Assembly (NCBI RefSeq): GCF_050285345.1
Contig: NZ_JBLZXR010000020.1
Coordinates: forward strand, 1,966-65,965
Length of the DNA stretch: 64,000 bases
From: Acinetobacter sp.
Lineage (GTDB): Bacteria; Pseudomonadota; Gammaproteobacteria; Pseudomonadales; Moraxellaceae
Reading direction: 5' to 3'
Within the stretch, counting starts at the first letter, position 1, and each line of letters starts with the position of its first letter. The notes beneath the pieces are model-generated. The model saw only the letters and a program-made list of their open reading frames with translations, had not been told where the DNA came from and did not search any database. The translations under genes and the position numbers were made by a program. This document shows positions 33,588-43,622 of the stretch, one piece after another.

Positions 33588-33643
33588 CTTTCGGAGGTTT
33601 TTTATGAAGTTATATTTGTAGTTTTACTGAATAATCTCAGTTG

Positions 33644-34369
33644 TTACTGCGGACGCGCCACATCACCATTTAATGCTTCAGGCAAATCCAAAACTTGTAC
33701 ATCGAGTTCAGCCAGTGCTTCTGGACGTGCCACGACCAAGGCCACATAGCCATTTTCAACCGCGGCACTATTCACCACTTGTACGCCTTTATTTAATTGC
33801 TCCGCTTGAGCAGGCGCAGCACCAGTACCTGAAATTGCATGTAACCATGCTTTCGGTTTGGCTTTAAACCAGAGACGTGCAATCACTTCCTGACCCAAGT
33901 AACAGCCTTTGTCGTAGTGAACGCCGCCGCGTTGATGCAAACGTAATTCTTGCGGTTGGAATACATGCTCAATCGCTTGGTTAATATAGGCTTGACCGGC
34001 TAGAATCGCTTGAACTTCCCAAGCGGAAACATCGGTTGTTTCTGTAGCAAAAGTAGTTTGGTCGCCAGCTAGTGTTGGATAAACTTGAGCAGCGTCTTCA
34101 AGTTTCATTTTTGAAAAAGCACCAAATTTTTTAATATGTTTGGCCAACTCTACAGCTTGATCTTGTGTGGTAACAATCACAAAGTTTTCAGAGCTTAGTT
34201 TAGTGAGCCATAAACCAAACTGAATACGACCTTTTAAGTCGCAAATTGCTGTATATTGCGTTGTATTTTCAGCCAAAGCTTCAACGTTGACAGTCACTTG
34301 CCCTTGAAGAAATTTTTGTGCATCGACACCATTTAAAGTGAAAGATGTAAATGCCATAGACGTTGTCAT
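33644..34369 (-). CDS. ygfZ: Folate-binding Fe/S cluster-related protein YgfZ
   Basis: KFLQGQVT; signature KGCYLGQEVIAR. Confidence 0.92.
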   Translation of the reverse strand: MTTSMAFTSFTLNGVDAQKFLQGQVTVNVEALAENTTQYTAICDLKGRIQFGLWLTKLSSENFVIVTTQDQAVELAKHIKKFGAFSKMKLEDAAQVYPTLAGDQTTFATETTDVSAWEVQAILAGQAYINQAIEHVFQPQELRLHQRGGVHYDKGCYLGQEVIARLWFKAKPKAWLHAISGTGAAPAQAEQLNKGVQVVNSAAVENGYVALVVARPEALAELDVQVLDLPEALNGDVARPQ

Positions 34370-34486
34370 GATAAGCCTCAGTTTCAATACCACAAATCAA
34401 TCCTGCTATTGTGCAGCAAGCGCCAAACAGAGGCAAATAAAAAAGCCAACAAGATCAATTGTTGGCTTTTGTAGCGTTAAGACAAA

Positions 34487-36604
34487 TTAATGGTGAGACG
34501 AGCCCGGTAATGGAGAATCACAAGGGAATTTATCACCACAGATCCGTACTGTTTCCATCATGCCCTGATCTTCATGATCTAGAATATGGCAGTGCTGAAC
34601 AAAATCACCTTCAAATTTTTTGTAGTGACTTCTCAAGATCACGCGATAGTCCTGTTTGACAAAAATCGTGTCTTTGAAGACGCCTTTCAAACCGCGATAT
34701 TGGGCATCAACTACACCACCATCTTCATCTTTGACACTGTTGTCGGCCACACTGACATCGATACCATTAGGATCTAAAATTTTGACAATTTGAAATGGGT
34801 TAACGTGGATATGGAATGGATGTCCACCGAGTGTACTGGTGAGTTCCCACTCATCTGTTTTACCAATTTTAAGCTGACGAACATATTGACCATCGATAGC
34901 CTCAGGACCTTCAAACAGATCTCCAAAACTAATGGGTGTGCGCGGGTTCTTGATATCATGACTGAAGCCAAATTTAAGACCCTTGCTAAAATCAATAATA
35001 AATGAATTAAATTGAAGTGGTCTTTCTGCAACTTCTTTATCTACTTTGGGAGTCATTAGAGATTCATGATCCGTAAAGGCTAAAAGATTCAGTTGAGAGA
35101 GCTGAGTTTGAATTTCTTTGCTTAGTCCAATTTTTTTCGCTTGGGTTTGCAAGAACTGAGCTGCTGTTTGTACAGGTTGCTTAGTGGCTTTAACATTGAC
35201 CCATCCAATCAATTGGGCATTCAAAGGATTACTTGGTGCGATTCTTGGCTGATTAGGCAAGGGCGCATTAATTTGATCATCCACATTTAACGTGGTGTCA
35301 TAAATACAGTATTTATTGGTTGTCGGGAAGGCCAGCATAGCATCTTGACGATAACCCGGATGAAAGACCGAAAGTGTTCGGGTTTGTACATGATTCATGG
35401 TTAAACCATCTTGCGCAATAGTGTGAACCTGTAAACTTTTCAGCCGATCAAAGGCTTCTTTTTGGTTTTTTTCTTGATAAGACGAACAGGCTTGAATCGT
35501 TTGTGCAGCGGTATAGTTTTTAGATTCTGGCAGTTCTTTAATCATTAAACCAACAGTATCGCGTACACCACCATGAATCATACGCCAACGATTAAATTCA
35601 TTTTGCCCGACTTTCATCTCGCCCAAAACTTTGCCATTGATCGATGTGTAATACTTGTTTGTTCCCCAAGAGATTGGAGAGTTCAGGCCAGAATTAACAT
35701 AATCCTCCAGAACTCCGACACAATTTTTAGGGTCGGTATTGTTGTTGTCTGGATTTTTACATTTATATTGGATTTGTTGGAACAACAGGATTTTTTCATT
35801 TGAATCACTGTTTTTGCTTTTATCTTTCCACAGAATGTCCATATCTCCAGTTTCGGTGATTTTTCCTTGTTTGTATTTAGGTACTCGAGAACCTTCGATA
35901 ATCAGCGGGCCAGCCATACCACTGGAGACTTGAATAGCCGTTGAGCCATGTACATGTGCATGGTACCAAAAGGTGCCTGCCGGATGATTTTTCTCAATTT
36001 TGTATTGATAATCAAATTTTTCTTTTGGTGCAATTCTTAAGAAAACATTATCACTGTTGCCTTGAGGGGAGACCCAAAAGCCATGCGTGTGAATATTGGT
36101 GGTATTAAAACAATGGGGATCGTTCATGTTTTCAATATGATGTGGACAGGTTTCCTTTGATTCGTCTGGCAGCTGGTTATTGACGTGCAAATTCAGTGTT
36201 TCACCTTGTTTAATGCGAATTTGTGGGCCGACCAACACATCCTTGACGTAATCACCAGCTTGTTTTTTATGAAATAAACGGGGTTGGGTTAAATAACCGC
36301 GTAATAAGACGTGATCCCAAGTTTGAGTGTTGGGGTTGTAGAGTTTGTTGAGCTTATAGGCAATGATCAGTTCATGTCGCCCCTTGTTATTTTTATACAA
36401 CATCGGTGGATTGCTAATTACTGTGTCCGAATCTATCGGGGTTGGATGTAAAGGATGATTGGGGTTAGATGGATAAGCGGGATGTGAGGGATGATTAGGA
36501 TTGGCTGGATGAGAGGTATGTGATGGATTTTCACGTTCATTCCCGCCCTGCACCCATAGCACTAAAATTGCTGCGATGATTCCAATAATGGCAAGTTGTA
36601 TCAT
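34487..36604 (-). CDS. Multicopper oxidase (laccase-like) with N-terminal membrane/signal segment and His-Pro repeats
   Basis: Four Cu motifs: HTHG, WYHAH, HPFHIH, HCHILDHEDQGM. Confidence 0.92.
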   Translation of the reverse strand: MIQLAIIGIIAAILVLWVQGGNERENPSHTSHPANPNHPSHPAYPSNPNHPLHPTPIDSDTVISNPPMLYKNNKGRHELIIAYKLNKLYNPNTQTWDHVLLRGYLTQPRLFHKKQAGDYVKDVLVGPQIRIKQGETLNLHVNNQLPDESKETCPHHIENMNDPHCFNTTNIHTHGFWVSPQGNSDNVFLRIAPKEKFDYQYKIEKNHPAGTFWYHAHVHGSTAIQVSSGMAGPLIIEGSRVPKYKQGKITETGDMDILWKDKSKNSDSNEKILLFQQIQYKCKNPDNNNTDPKNCVGVLEDYVNSGLNSPISWGTNKYYTSINGKVLGEMKVGQNEFNRWRMIHGGVRDTVGLMIKELPESKNYTAAQTIQACSSYQEKNQKEAFDRLKSLQVHTIAQDGLTMNHVQTRTLSVFHPGYRQDAMLAFPTTNKYCIYDTTLNVDDQINAPLPNQPRIAPSNPLNAQLIGWVNVKATKQPVQTAAQFLQTQAKKIGLSKEIQTQLSQLNLLAFTDHESLMTPKVDKEVAERPLQFNSFIIDFSKGLKFGFSHDIKNPRTPISFGDLFEGPEAIDGQYVRQLKIGKTDEWELTSTLGGHPFHIHVNPFQIVKILDPNGIDVSVADNSVKDEDGGVVDAQYRGLKGVFKDTIFVKQDYRVILRSHYKKFEGDFVQHCHILDHEDQGMMETVRICGDKFPCDSPLPGSSHH

Positions 36605-37154
36605 GATATTTCACCTTTATTAGTTTTGTGCAATGAATCTTTTTTTGTGAAGCGGTTCTGGTGGACTTAAATTTTATTAAATTAAAAAACAAAGAGATAT
36701 CCCTCAAAATAAGGATAGATTGATCATAAGTGGTGCTTGAGAGCAGGAATAATTAAGTGAAATAAGTATGAAAATTATTTCTTAATGTTTTGATTAGTTA
36801 AAATAAATGTTAAGAATAATTAAAAAATGTAAAGAAATAAAAGTAATAAAAAGAGATTATAGACATCAAGATAAATTAAACACTTCTAGGCTGTTTTTTG
36901 TTCTGCTATGTGCATCTACTACTAAAGAATTAGGGTGGTTCCGCATTGTTTTCTGAAAAAAAGAGCAATTAGAGCAAATATTTTAAAAATAATGTAACTA
37001 AGTGTTTCAAAAACCCCTGTTTTCATATCTAACTATATGAAATATAAGTGATTTGGGAAATGGCTTTTCGACAGTGTAGTATGCCTACCAGATAAAGATG
37101 AATTGTCTCGCAAAGACAATGAAGAAAAAACGAAAGACCGAGGGCAGGAACGCT

Positions 37155-39773
37155 ATGAACAACAATTACCGTAAACCACTGCAAGGCACCCAGCTAGAAT
37201 TTTTTGATGTGCGAGAAGCCGTTGAAAGCATTCAGCCAGGCGCGTATGCCAAACTTCCATATACATCTAAAGTCCTTGCAGAACAGTTGGTACGTAAATG
37301 TGACCCTGCAATCTTAGAGCAATCTTTAAAGGAATTAATTTTCCGTAAACAAGACCACGATTTTCCTTGGTATCCTGCGCGCGTAGTGTGCCATGACATC
37401 TTGGGTCAAACAGCATTGGTTGACCTTGCAGGCCTGCGTGATGCGATTGCAGATCAAGGTGGTGATCCATCTAAAGTCAACCCTGTCGTGCCAACACAAT
37501 TGATTGTCGATCACTCTTTGGCTGTTGAATATGGTGGTTTTGACCCAGATGCGTTTGAGAAAAACCGTGCGATTGAAGACCGTCGTAACGAAGACCGTTT
37601 CCATTTCATCGAATGGACCAAGACTGCGTTTGAAAATGTCGATGTGATTCCTGCGGGTAACGGCATCATGCACCAAATTAACTTGGAGAAAATGTCTCCA
37701 GTGGTGCAAAACCGTGAAGGCGTGGCATTCCCAGATACTTGCGTGGGTACAGACTCACATACACCACATACCGACGCGCTTGGCGTGATTTCGATTGGTG
37801 TAGGTGGTTTAGAAGCTGAAAACGTGATGTTGGGTCGTGCATCTTGGATGCGTCTTCCAGACATCATTGGTGTTGAGTTTGTCGGTCAGCGTAAACCGGG
37901 TATTACCGCAACCGATATCGTATTGGCATTAACTGAATTCTTGCGTAAAGAACGTGTTGTTGGTGCGTATTTAGAATTCTTCGGTGAAGGTGCAGACAGC
38001 ATGTCTGTGGGCGACCGCGCGACCATTTCAAACATGACGCCTGAATATGGCGCAACTGCGGCAATGTTCTATATCGATCAAAACACCATTGATTATCTAA
38101 CTTTAACGGGCCGTGAAGCTGAGCAAGTGAAATTGGTTGAAACCTATGCCAAAGAAATTGGGCTTTGGGCATCGGAAATGAAACAAGCAGAATACCCACG
38201 TGTATTACGCTTCGATCTTTCAACAGTGACACGTAACATCGCAGGTCCATCAAATCCGCATGCACGCGTTTCAACGGCTGATTTAAAAGAAAAAGGTATT
38301 GCAGGTAATTTAGAAGCAGCTCGTGCGCAAGAAGCTGAAGGCTTAATGCCAGATGGTGCGGTGATCATTGCAGCAATTACGTCATGTACCAATACCTCAA
38401 ACCCACGTAATACCGTTGCAGCAGGTTTGTTGGCACGTAAAGCCAATGAACTGGGCTTAGTGCGTAAACCTTGGGTGAAATCATCATTTGCACCGGGTTC
38501 TAAAGCAGCAGCGCTATACCTTGAAGAAGCAGGCGTATTGGGCGATTTAGAAAAACTTGGTTTTGGTATTGTCGCGTATGCATGTACCACCTGTAACGGT
38601 ATGTCGGGTGCGTTAGATCCAAAAATTCAGCAAGAAATTATTGACCGTGATTTGTATGCGACTGCGGTACTTTCAGGTAACCGTAACTTCGATGGTCGTA
38701 TCCATCCTTATGCAAAACAAGCGTTCTTGGCTTCTCCGCCTTTAGTTGTGGCGTATGCGATTGCCGGTACGATTCGTTTTGACATCGAAAAAGATGCATT
38801 GGGCACAGACAAAGACGGTAATCCAATTTACCTCAAAGACATTTGGCCATCAGATGAAGAAATTGATGCACTGGTAAAAGTTGCGGTTAAACCTGAGCAA
38901 TTTAAGAAAGTTTATATTCCAATGTTTGATTTGGGCGAACGCGAAAAAGCAGCAAGCCCGTTATACGACTGGCGTCCACAAAGTACTTATATCCGTCGTC
39001 CACCGTATTGGGAAGGCGCTTTGGCTGCACCGCGTACTTTGTCAAATATGCGTCCGCTTGCGATTCTTCCTGACAATATCACGACAGACCATTTATCGCC
39101 TTCAAATGCAATCATGATGGATTCGGCTGCGGGTGAATATCTGCATAAAATGGGCGTACCTGAGGAGGACTTCAACTCATATGCAACGCACCGCGGTGAC
39201 CATTTGACGGCACAGCGTGCAACATTTGCCAACCCGAAACTGTTCAATGAAATGGTGGTGCGTTCTGACGGCACGATCAAGCAAGGTTCGAAAGCGCGTG
39301 TTGAACCAGAAGGTGAAGTGATGCGTATGTGGGAAGCGATTGAAACTTACATGAACCGTAAGCAACCGCTGATCATCATTGCGGGTAAAGACTATGGTCA
39401 AGGTTCAAGCCGTGACTGGGCTGCTAAAGGTGTGCGCCTTGCAGGTGTAGAAGTAATTGTCGCAGAAGGTTTTGAGCGTATTCATCGTACTAACCTTGTG
39501 GGTATGGGCGTGTTACCGCTTGAGTTTAAAGCAGGTACTGACCGTAAAACCTTGAAGCTAGATGGTACAGAGCTGTATAGCGTGATTGGCAATATTGCAC
39601 CGCGTTCTGACTTAACTTTGGTGATTGAGCGTTCGACTGAGAATGGTCAAAATGAAATCATTAAAGTGCCAGTAACTTGCCGTTTAGATACGGAAGAAGA
39701 AGTCTCTGTATATGAAGCGGGTGGTGTATTGCAACGCTTTGCACAGGACTTTTTAGAAGCGAGTGCGGCTTAA
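37155..39773 (+). CDS. acnD: Fe/S-dependent 2-methylisocitrate dehydratase AcnD (aconitase family)
   Basis: PARVVCHDILGQTALVDLAG (AcnD-type); TSCTNTSNP; ACTTCNGMSG; GQGSSRDWAAKG; start moved to MNNNYRK after SD agga. Confidence 0.88.
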   Translation: MNNNYRKPLQGTQLEFFDVREAVESIQPGAYAKLPYTSKVLAEQLVRKCDPAILEQSLKELIFRKQDHDFPWYPARVVCHDILGQTALVDLAGLRDAIADQGGDPSKVNPVVPTQLIVDHSLAVEYGGFDPDAFEKNRAIEDRRNEDRFHFIEWTKTAFENVDVIPAGNGIMHQINLEKMSPVVQNREGVAFPDTCVGTDSHTPHTDALGVISIGVGGLEAENVMLGRASWMRLPDIIGVEFVGQRKPGITATDIVLALTEFLRKERVVGAYLEFFGEGADSMSVGDRATISNMTPEYGATAAMFYIDQNTIDYLTLTGREAEQVKLVETYAKEIGLWASEMKQAEYPRVLRFDLSTVTRNIAGPSNPHARVSTADLKEKGIAGNLEAARAQEAEGLMPDGAVIIAAITSCTNTSNPRNTVAAGLLARKANELGLVRKPWVKSSFAPGSKAAALYLEEAGVLGDLEKLGFGIVAYACTTCNGMSGALDPKIQQEIIDRDLYATAVLSGNRNFDGRIHPYAKQAFLASPPLVVAYAIAGTIRFDIEKDALGTDKDGNPIYLKDIWPSDEEIDALVKVAVKPEQFKKVYIPMFDLGEREKAASPLYDWRPQSTYIRRPPYWEGALAAPRTLSNMRPLAILPDNITTDHLSPSNAIMMDSAAGEYLHKMGVPEEDFNSYATHRGDHLTAQRATFANPKLFNEMVVRSDGTIKQGSKARVEPEGEVMRMWEAIETYMNRKQPLIIIAGKDYGQGSSRDWAAKGVRLAGVEVIVAEGFERIHRTNLVGMGVLPLEFKAGTDRKTLKLDGTELYSVIGNIAPRSDLTLVIERSTENGQNEIIKVPVTCRLDTEEEVSVYEAGGVLQRFAQDFLEASAA

Positions 39774-39805
39774 AGAGTTTAAGTCGATATAATTTATTTT
39801 GTTGT

Positions 39806-39837
39806 AAAAAGGCCCTATCGTTGTGATGGGGTTTTTT
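39806..39837 (+). terminator. acnD intrinsic terminator
   Basis: aaaaaggccctatc-gttgt-gatggggtttttt. Confidence 0.65.
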
Positions 39838-40203
39838 ATAAGTAAATACGCGAATCTTAACTTTCTAAACTCTTGAAATAAAAAGTTGAGATTGGCATAT
39901 ACAATACATAAATATTTGTGAAGTGAGAGGTTATATTTGACGATTAAAGCATGCTAAAAGACATCAAAAATAAATTGAAACAAATGCCATAAATAGGAAA
40001 TTCGAATTATTTTGAAAATTTTGAGAGAATAAAACGTATAAAAATGTAAATTGTATCACGAAATCATAATCTATCTGATAGAAAAATTAGTTTTATTATT
40101 TATTGCAATTATGCCCATATCATTTGTCGAAATGACCAATAGACAATCATCATGAGAGGTGTATACTCAGTTTTACCATTTCTAAAACACATGGAGAACA
40201 AAA

Positions 40204-40347
40204 ATGGTTACTGCTGGTCAAAAACCCGGAACAGGCTTCTATTTTTGTGTCAAATGCGGACACCGCACCTACTTAGAAATTGGTACTGATCGTTTACCAC
40301 CGTGTACCAAATGCCAAGGCAATCAATTTAACAATAAGAATGCCTAA
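40204..40347 (+). CDS. 47-aa zinc-ribbon protein (not in ORF track)
   Basis: MVTAGQKPGTGFYFCVKCGHRTYLEIGTDRLPPCTKCQGNQFNNKNA; two CxxC; SD ggag; own terminator. Confidence 0.85.
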   Translation: MVTAGQKPGTGFYFCVKCGHRTYLEIGTDRLPPCTKCQGNQFNNKNA

Positions 40348-40384
40348 GCTGCAAAACACTAACAGTTACCCGCTGTTTAGAAAG

Positions 40385-40413
40385 AAAAGCCCTATCACTC
40401 GATAGGGCTTTTT
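40385..40413 (+). terminator. Intrinsic terminator after zinc-ribbon gene
   Basis: aaaagccctatc-actc-gatagggcttttt. Confidence 0.85.
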
Positions 40414-40477
40414 GTTAACGTATCATTAAATTCGACATAACAATAAAAGATCAAATCAGCCCACCGCGGAGATCAGC

Positions 40478-41053
40478 ATGGAAACAATATTAGGTTTATG
40501 TATTGGTATTGGCTTAAGTGCGGCCAGTGGTTTTCGTGTGTTTGTTCCTTTATTGGTTATGAGTGCGGCTTCACTTCTCGGTTGGTTTGAACCAATGAAA
40601 GGCTTTGAATGGCTTTCCATGCCAGCAGTATGCATTGGCTTAGCCATCGCAACGATATGTGAAATCGGCGCATACTATATTCCTTGGGTCGATAACGCAC
40701 TCGACACCATTTCCACGCCCGCAGCAATGGTAGCAGGCACAATTGCGACTATGGCCGTCAGCAGTGGGGAAATGTCGCAGTTTGCTAGTTGGGCAGCAGC
40801 CATTATTGTCGGTGGTGGGACTGCAACAGCCGTACAAATGAGTACCGTTGCTGCACGTGGTGTTTCAACGGCAACTACTGGTGGCATTGCCAATCCTGTA
40901 CTTTCAACCGGTGAGTGGATTAGTGCTGCCGTCCTTTCTGTTTTGGCATTTTTAGCTCCAGTATTTGTGGTGATCTTAGTCTTGAGCATCGTGATTTGGC
41001 TTGTACGTCGCATTCGTCAGAAAAAAACAATGCATGTCGATACACCACTTTAA
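40478..41053 (+). CDS. DUF4126 family membrane protein
   Basis: GIGLSAASGFRVFVPLL; YYIPWVDNALD; GIANPVLSTGE. Confidence 0.85.
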   Translation: METILGLCIGIGLSAASGFRVFVPLLVMSAASLLGWFEPMKGFEWLSMPAVCIGLAIATICEIGAYYIPWVDNALDTISTPAAMVAGTIATMAVSSGEMSQFASWAAAIIVGGGTATAVQMSTVAARGVSTATTGGIANPVLSTGEWISAAVLSVLAFLAPVFVVILVLSIVIWLVRRIRQKKTMHVDTPL

Positions 41054-41203
41054 GAATATTTAAAACAAGAAAAAAATTCAAAAATGATTGATTTTCAACC
41101 TCTAAAGGCATAATTTTAATAGGTGATTAATAATCACATAATTTTTTTATGGATTTAACTAGCACCTTGAACTTTATAAAAAATATTCTTAGAGGAACTA
41201 TAC

Positions 41204-41410
41204 ATGATTAAATTTATTGTGGATGAAAATGAACACAGCAATGGTTCACACCTAATACACAATGGCAGCCGTGGTTGTGAAGATATGCCAGTATTTGATG
41301 ACCAAATTTTGATTGGTTACTTTGCCAATTATGAACTTGCTTATAAACGTGCACGGATGAATTGGCCGAGAGAAAAAGTCGTGGCTTGTCGTAAATGCTG
41401 CGAGCCTTGA
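41204..41410 (+). CDS. Small His/Cys-rich putative metal-binding protein
   Basis: SD gagga; HLIH...GC...GYF...CRKCC pattern. Confidence 0.75.
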   Translation: MIKFIVDENEHSNGSHLIHNGSRGCEDMPVFDDQILIGYFANYELAYKRARMNWPREKVVACRKCCEP

Positions 41411-41794
41411 AATGACTTATGTCATTCGTGGAATTTAAATTTTGCTGTTTCAAAATAATCTCATTCAAAAAATAAACTGAGTAAAGCTCTACCTGCGGGT
41501 GGAGTTTTTTAGTATTGAGCGCTAAGTTGGATAATTTTGACTATTGATGTTGACACCCAAACCAGTATCAATTTTTTAACCCATAAAAAACTTGATCGTG
41601 AAAACCTGAATAAAGATTTAGATAACGATCATGCAAATTTTAAAGAGACATAGGGGCCGTGTGAATGTCGCTGCTATTTATCTATCAACAATCAAAGACT
41701 TTGATACCTTGGATTGTTCAAAATGGTAAAAATTAATCTGAACTTCAGCTCAAAGGCATAAACTAGAAGTTAAGATCCTTCTTGGAGCAGCGTT

Positions 41795-42037
41795 ATGAAT
41801 ATGATGCAGTTGAGCGATTTTTTGCTATATAGCCTATTGATTAACTACGGCATACTCATCATTTGGTTTGTGGTTTTCGTCTTTGCCAAAGACTGGATGA
41901 AAAGGCTGCATGGACAATGGTTTAAGCTGAGTGATCAACAGTTTGACGCTGTGCATTATGGCGGGATGGCAGTTTATAAAATCGGTGTCTTGCTGTTCAA
42001 TCTTGTACCGTTTATTGCCTTGAAAATGCTGAGTTAA
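41795..42037 (+). CDS. Small two-TM membrane protein (DUF6868-like)
   Basis: INYGILIIWF...HGQWFKLS..FDAVHY.GMAVYKI..FNLVP; SD ggag. Confidence 0.78.
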   Translation: MNMMQLSDFLLYSLLINYGILIIWFVVFVFAKDWMKRLHGQWFKLSDQQFDAVHYGGMAVYKIGVLLFNLVPFIALKMLS

Positions 42038-42151
42038 TATAAGCCAAACGTGTATGAAATGCTGAGATAAATTTAAAGACCAGATCTTTACACAAAAAAA
42101 TGATCTACATCACTAGGCTCAGAATAATGGATTAAATGGGAGCAGGCTGGA

Positions 42152-42856
42152 ATGAATGGAAAAACAGAATGCCATGCGTGTTTGGTGTGCAAAAAACATT
42201 ATCCCCTGAAAAATTTAATTCCACTGGGGACTGTACGTAAAGTTATTACCGAAGCTATTGCTCAGGACTATCCAGACTGGAATGTAAAGGACTATATCTG
42301 CCAGTCCGATCTGACCAAATATCGGATGCAATATGTGCAGTCCATTTTGAGCTCGGAACAGGGTGAGGTATCGAGCTTAGAATATGAAGTGCTGCACAGT
42401 ATGCAGCAGCATGAGTTGATCAGTAAAAATGTAGAAGATCAGCTAGACCAACAGTGGAGCTTTGGCGAACGGTTGGCCGATAAAATTGCTACCTTTGGCG
42501 GTAGCTGGGCCTTTCTTATTTGCTTCACTTTATTTTTAGTCATGTGGATTTTAGTGAATACCATCGTGATGGTGAAACAACCTGCCGATCCTTATCCGTT
42601 TATTTTACTCAACTTGATCCTCTCATGTCTTGCGGCAATACAAGCACCGATTATTATGATGAGTCAGAACCGTCAGGAGGCTAAAGATCGGATGCGTTCG
42701 GAAAATGATTATCAGGTCAATTTAAAAGCTGAACTGGAAATTCGTCATTTGCATGAAAAAATGGACCATTTACTTATGCACCAATGGGACAGACTGGCCA
42801 AGATTCAGGAAATTCAGCTGGATTTGTTGTCTGAAATGAGTAAAAAGAAACAATAG
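42152..42856 (+). CDS. DUF1003 domain membrane protein
   Basis: GERLADKIATFGGSW; DPYPFILLNL; QAPIIMMSQNRQ. Confidence 0.92.
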   Translation: MNGKTECHACLVCKKHYPLKNLIPLGTVRKVITEAIAQDYPDWNVKDYICQSDLTKYRMQYVQSILSSEQGEVSSLEYEVLHSMQQHELISKNVEDQLDQQWSFGERLADKIATFGGSWAFLICFTLFLVMWILVNTIVMVKQPADPYPFILLNLILSCLAAIQAPIIMMSQNRQEAKDRMRSENDYQVNLKAELEIRHLHEKMDHLLMHQWDRLAKIQEIQLDLLSEMSKKKQ

Positions 42857-43038
42857 TATTTTTAGGTTCAAAACTTAGTTAGATGATTTACTATTTTGAA
42901 GAAAATATTCCTTTTAAAGTGGATTAAAATGCAATAAAAATAGTAAAAAATTGGATGAAAGGGAAAAAATACTTGGTTTTTAAAGCCAAACGAAAAATAT
43001 TCCTTAAATTAGTGAAAATTGCCGAATCTTCGGAAATT

Positions 43039-43063
43039 AATCCCTGAATGTATTGGCTACTAT
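43039..43063 (+). promoter_or_regulatory. Predicted promoter of repeat copy 1 (AATCCCT-12 nt-TACTAT; predicted TSS ~43071)
   Basis: -10-like TACTAT at 43058-43063, 7 nt before the conserved unit; same motif spacing as copy 2. Confidence 0.6.
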
Positions 43064-43070
43064 AAATCTC

Positions 43071-43257
43071 AAGGGTGTGATAGAGATTGAAAAGAGTAGC
43101 ATGCTGTCAGTGGTGCAAAACACGCGTACAGTACTCACCCAAAAGGTCTCGATTCAGCTTAGGACGCTATAAACCAGAAGTTTATAGGCTATAAGATCAT
43201 GACTTACAAAGTGATGATAGTTGAAGTAAACAATATTGTTTTCTCTTATACCACCCT
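43071..43257 (+). ncRNA. Candidate structured ncRNA, copy 1
   Basis: Direct repeat of 43655-43838; 5' agggtg/agaga pairs with 3' tctct/caccct; internal hairpins; no convincing ORF. Confidence 0.65.
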
Positions 43258-43622
43258 AAAAAATTCGATAATGATAAATACTTAAAATCCACTGTATTCA
43301 AAAATAAAGCATAAAAATTTAAACAACACTCAACCGCTCCTAAACCTAAATCGAAAACTTCTTTAATCCTCCAATTTTCTATATCAATTTCTTCAGTCCA
43401 CTCTGAAAAAATGCTCGCATCTTTTCAGCTTATTTTATGCAAAAAGCAGTGAGGAGGAATTAGTGAAATCACAGCATACTGCTAATAAAAAATTCCATAT
43501 ATACGCCATAGTTGATGAATAAAAATGGATTCATTGAGGTAAATGGGAAAAAATATTCACATATTAATTATTTATGAAAAATATTTTTATAAATGGGTGA
43601 AATTAACTGAATTGGGGAAAAC

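Noticed and set aside
33513..33749. 78-aa ORF across the palindrome
   Set aside because: Spans a terminator and mini-element and overlaps ygfZ antisense; no coding features.
43199..43285. Second small ORF in the repeat (MTYKVMIVEVNNIVFS...)
   Set aside because: No SD, and the C-termini differ between copies because the ORF runs out of the conserved unit; likely incidental.
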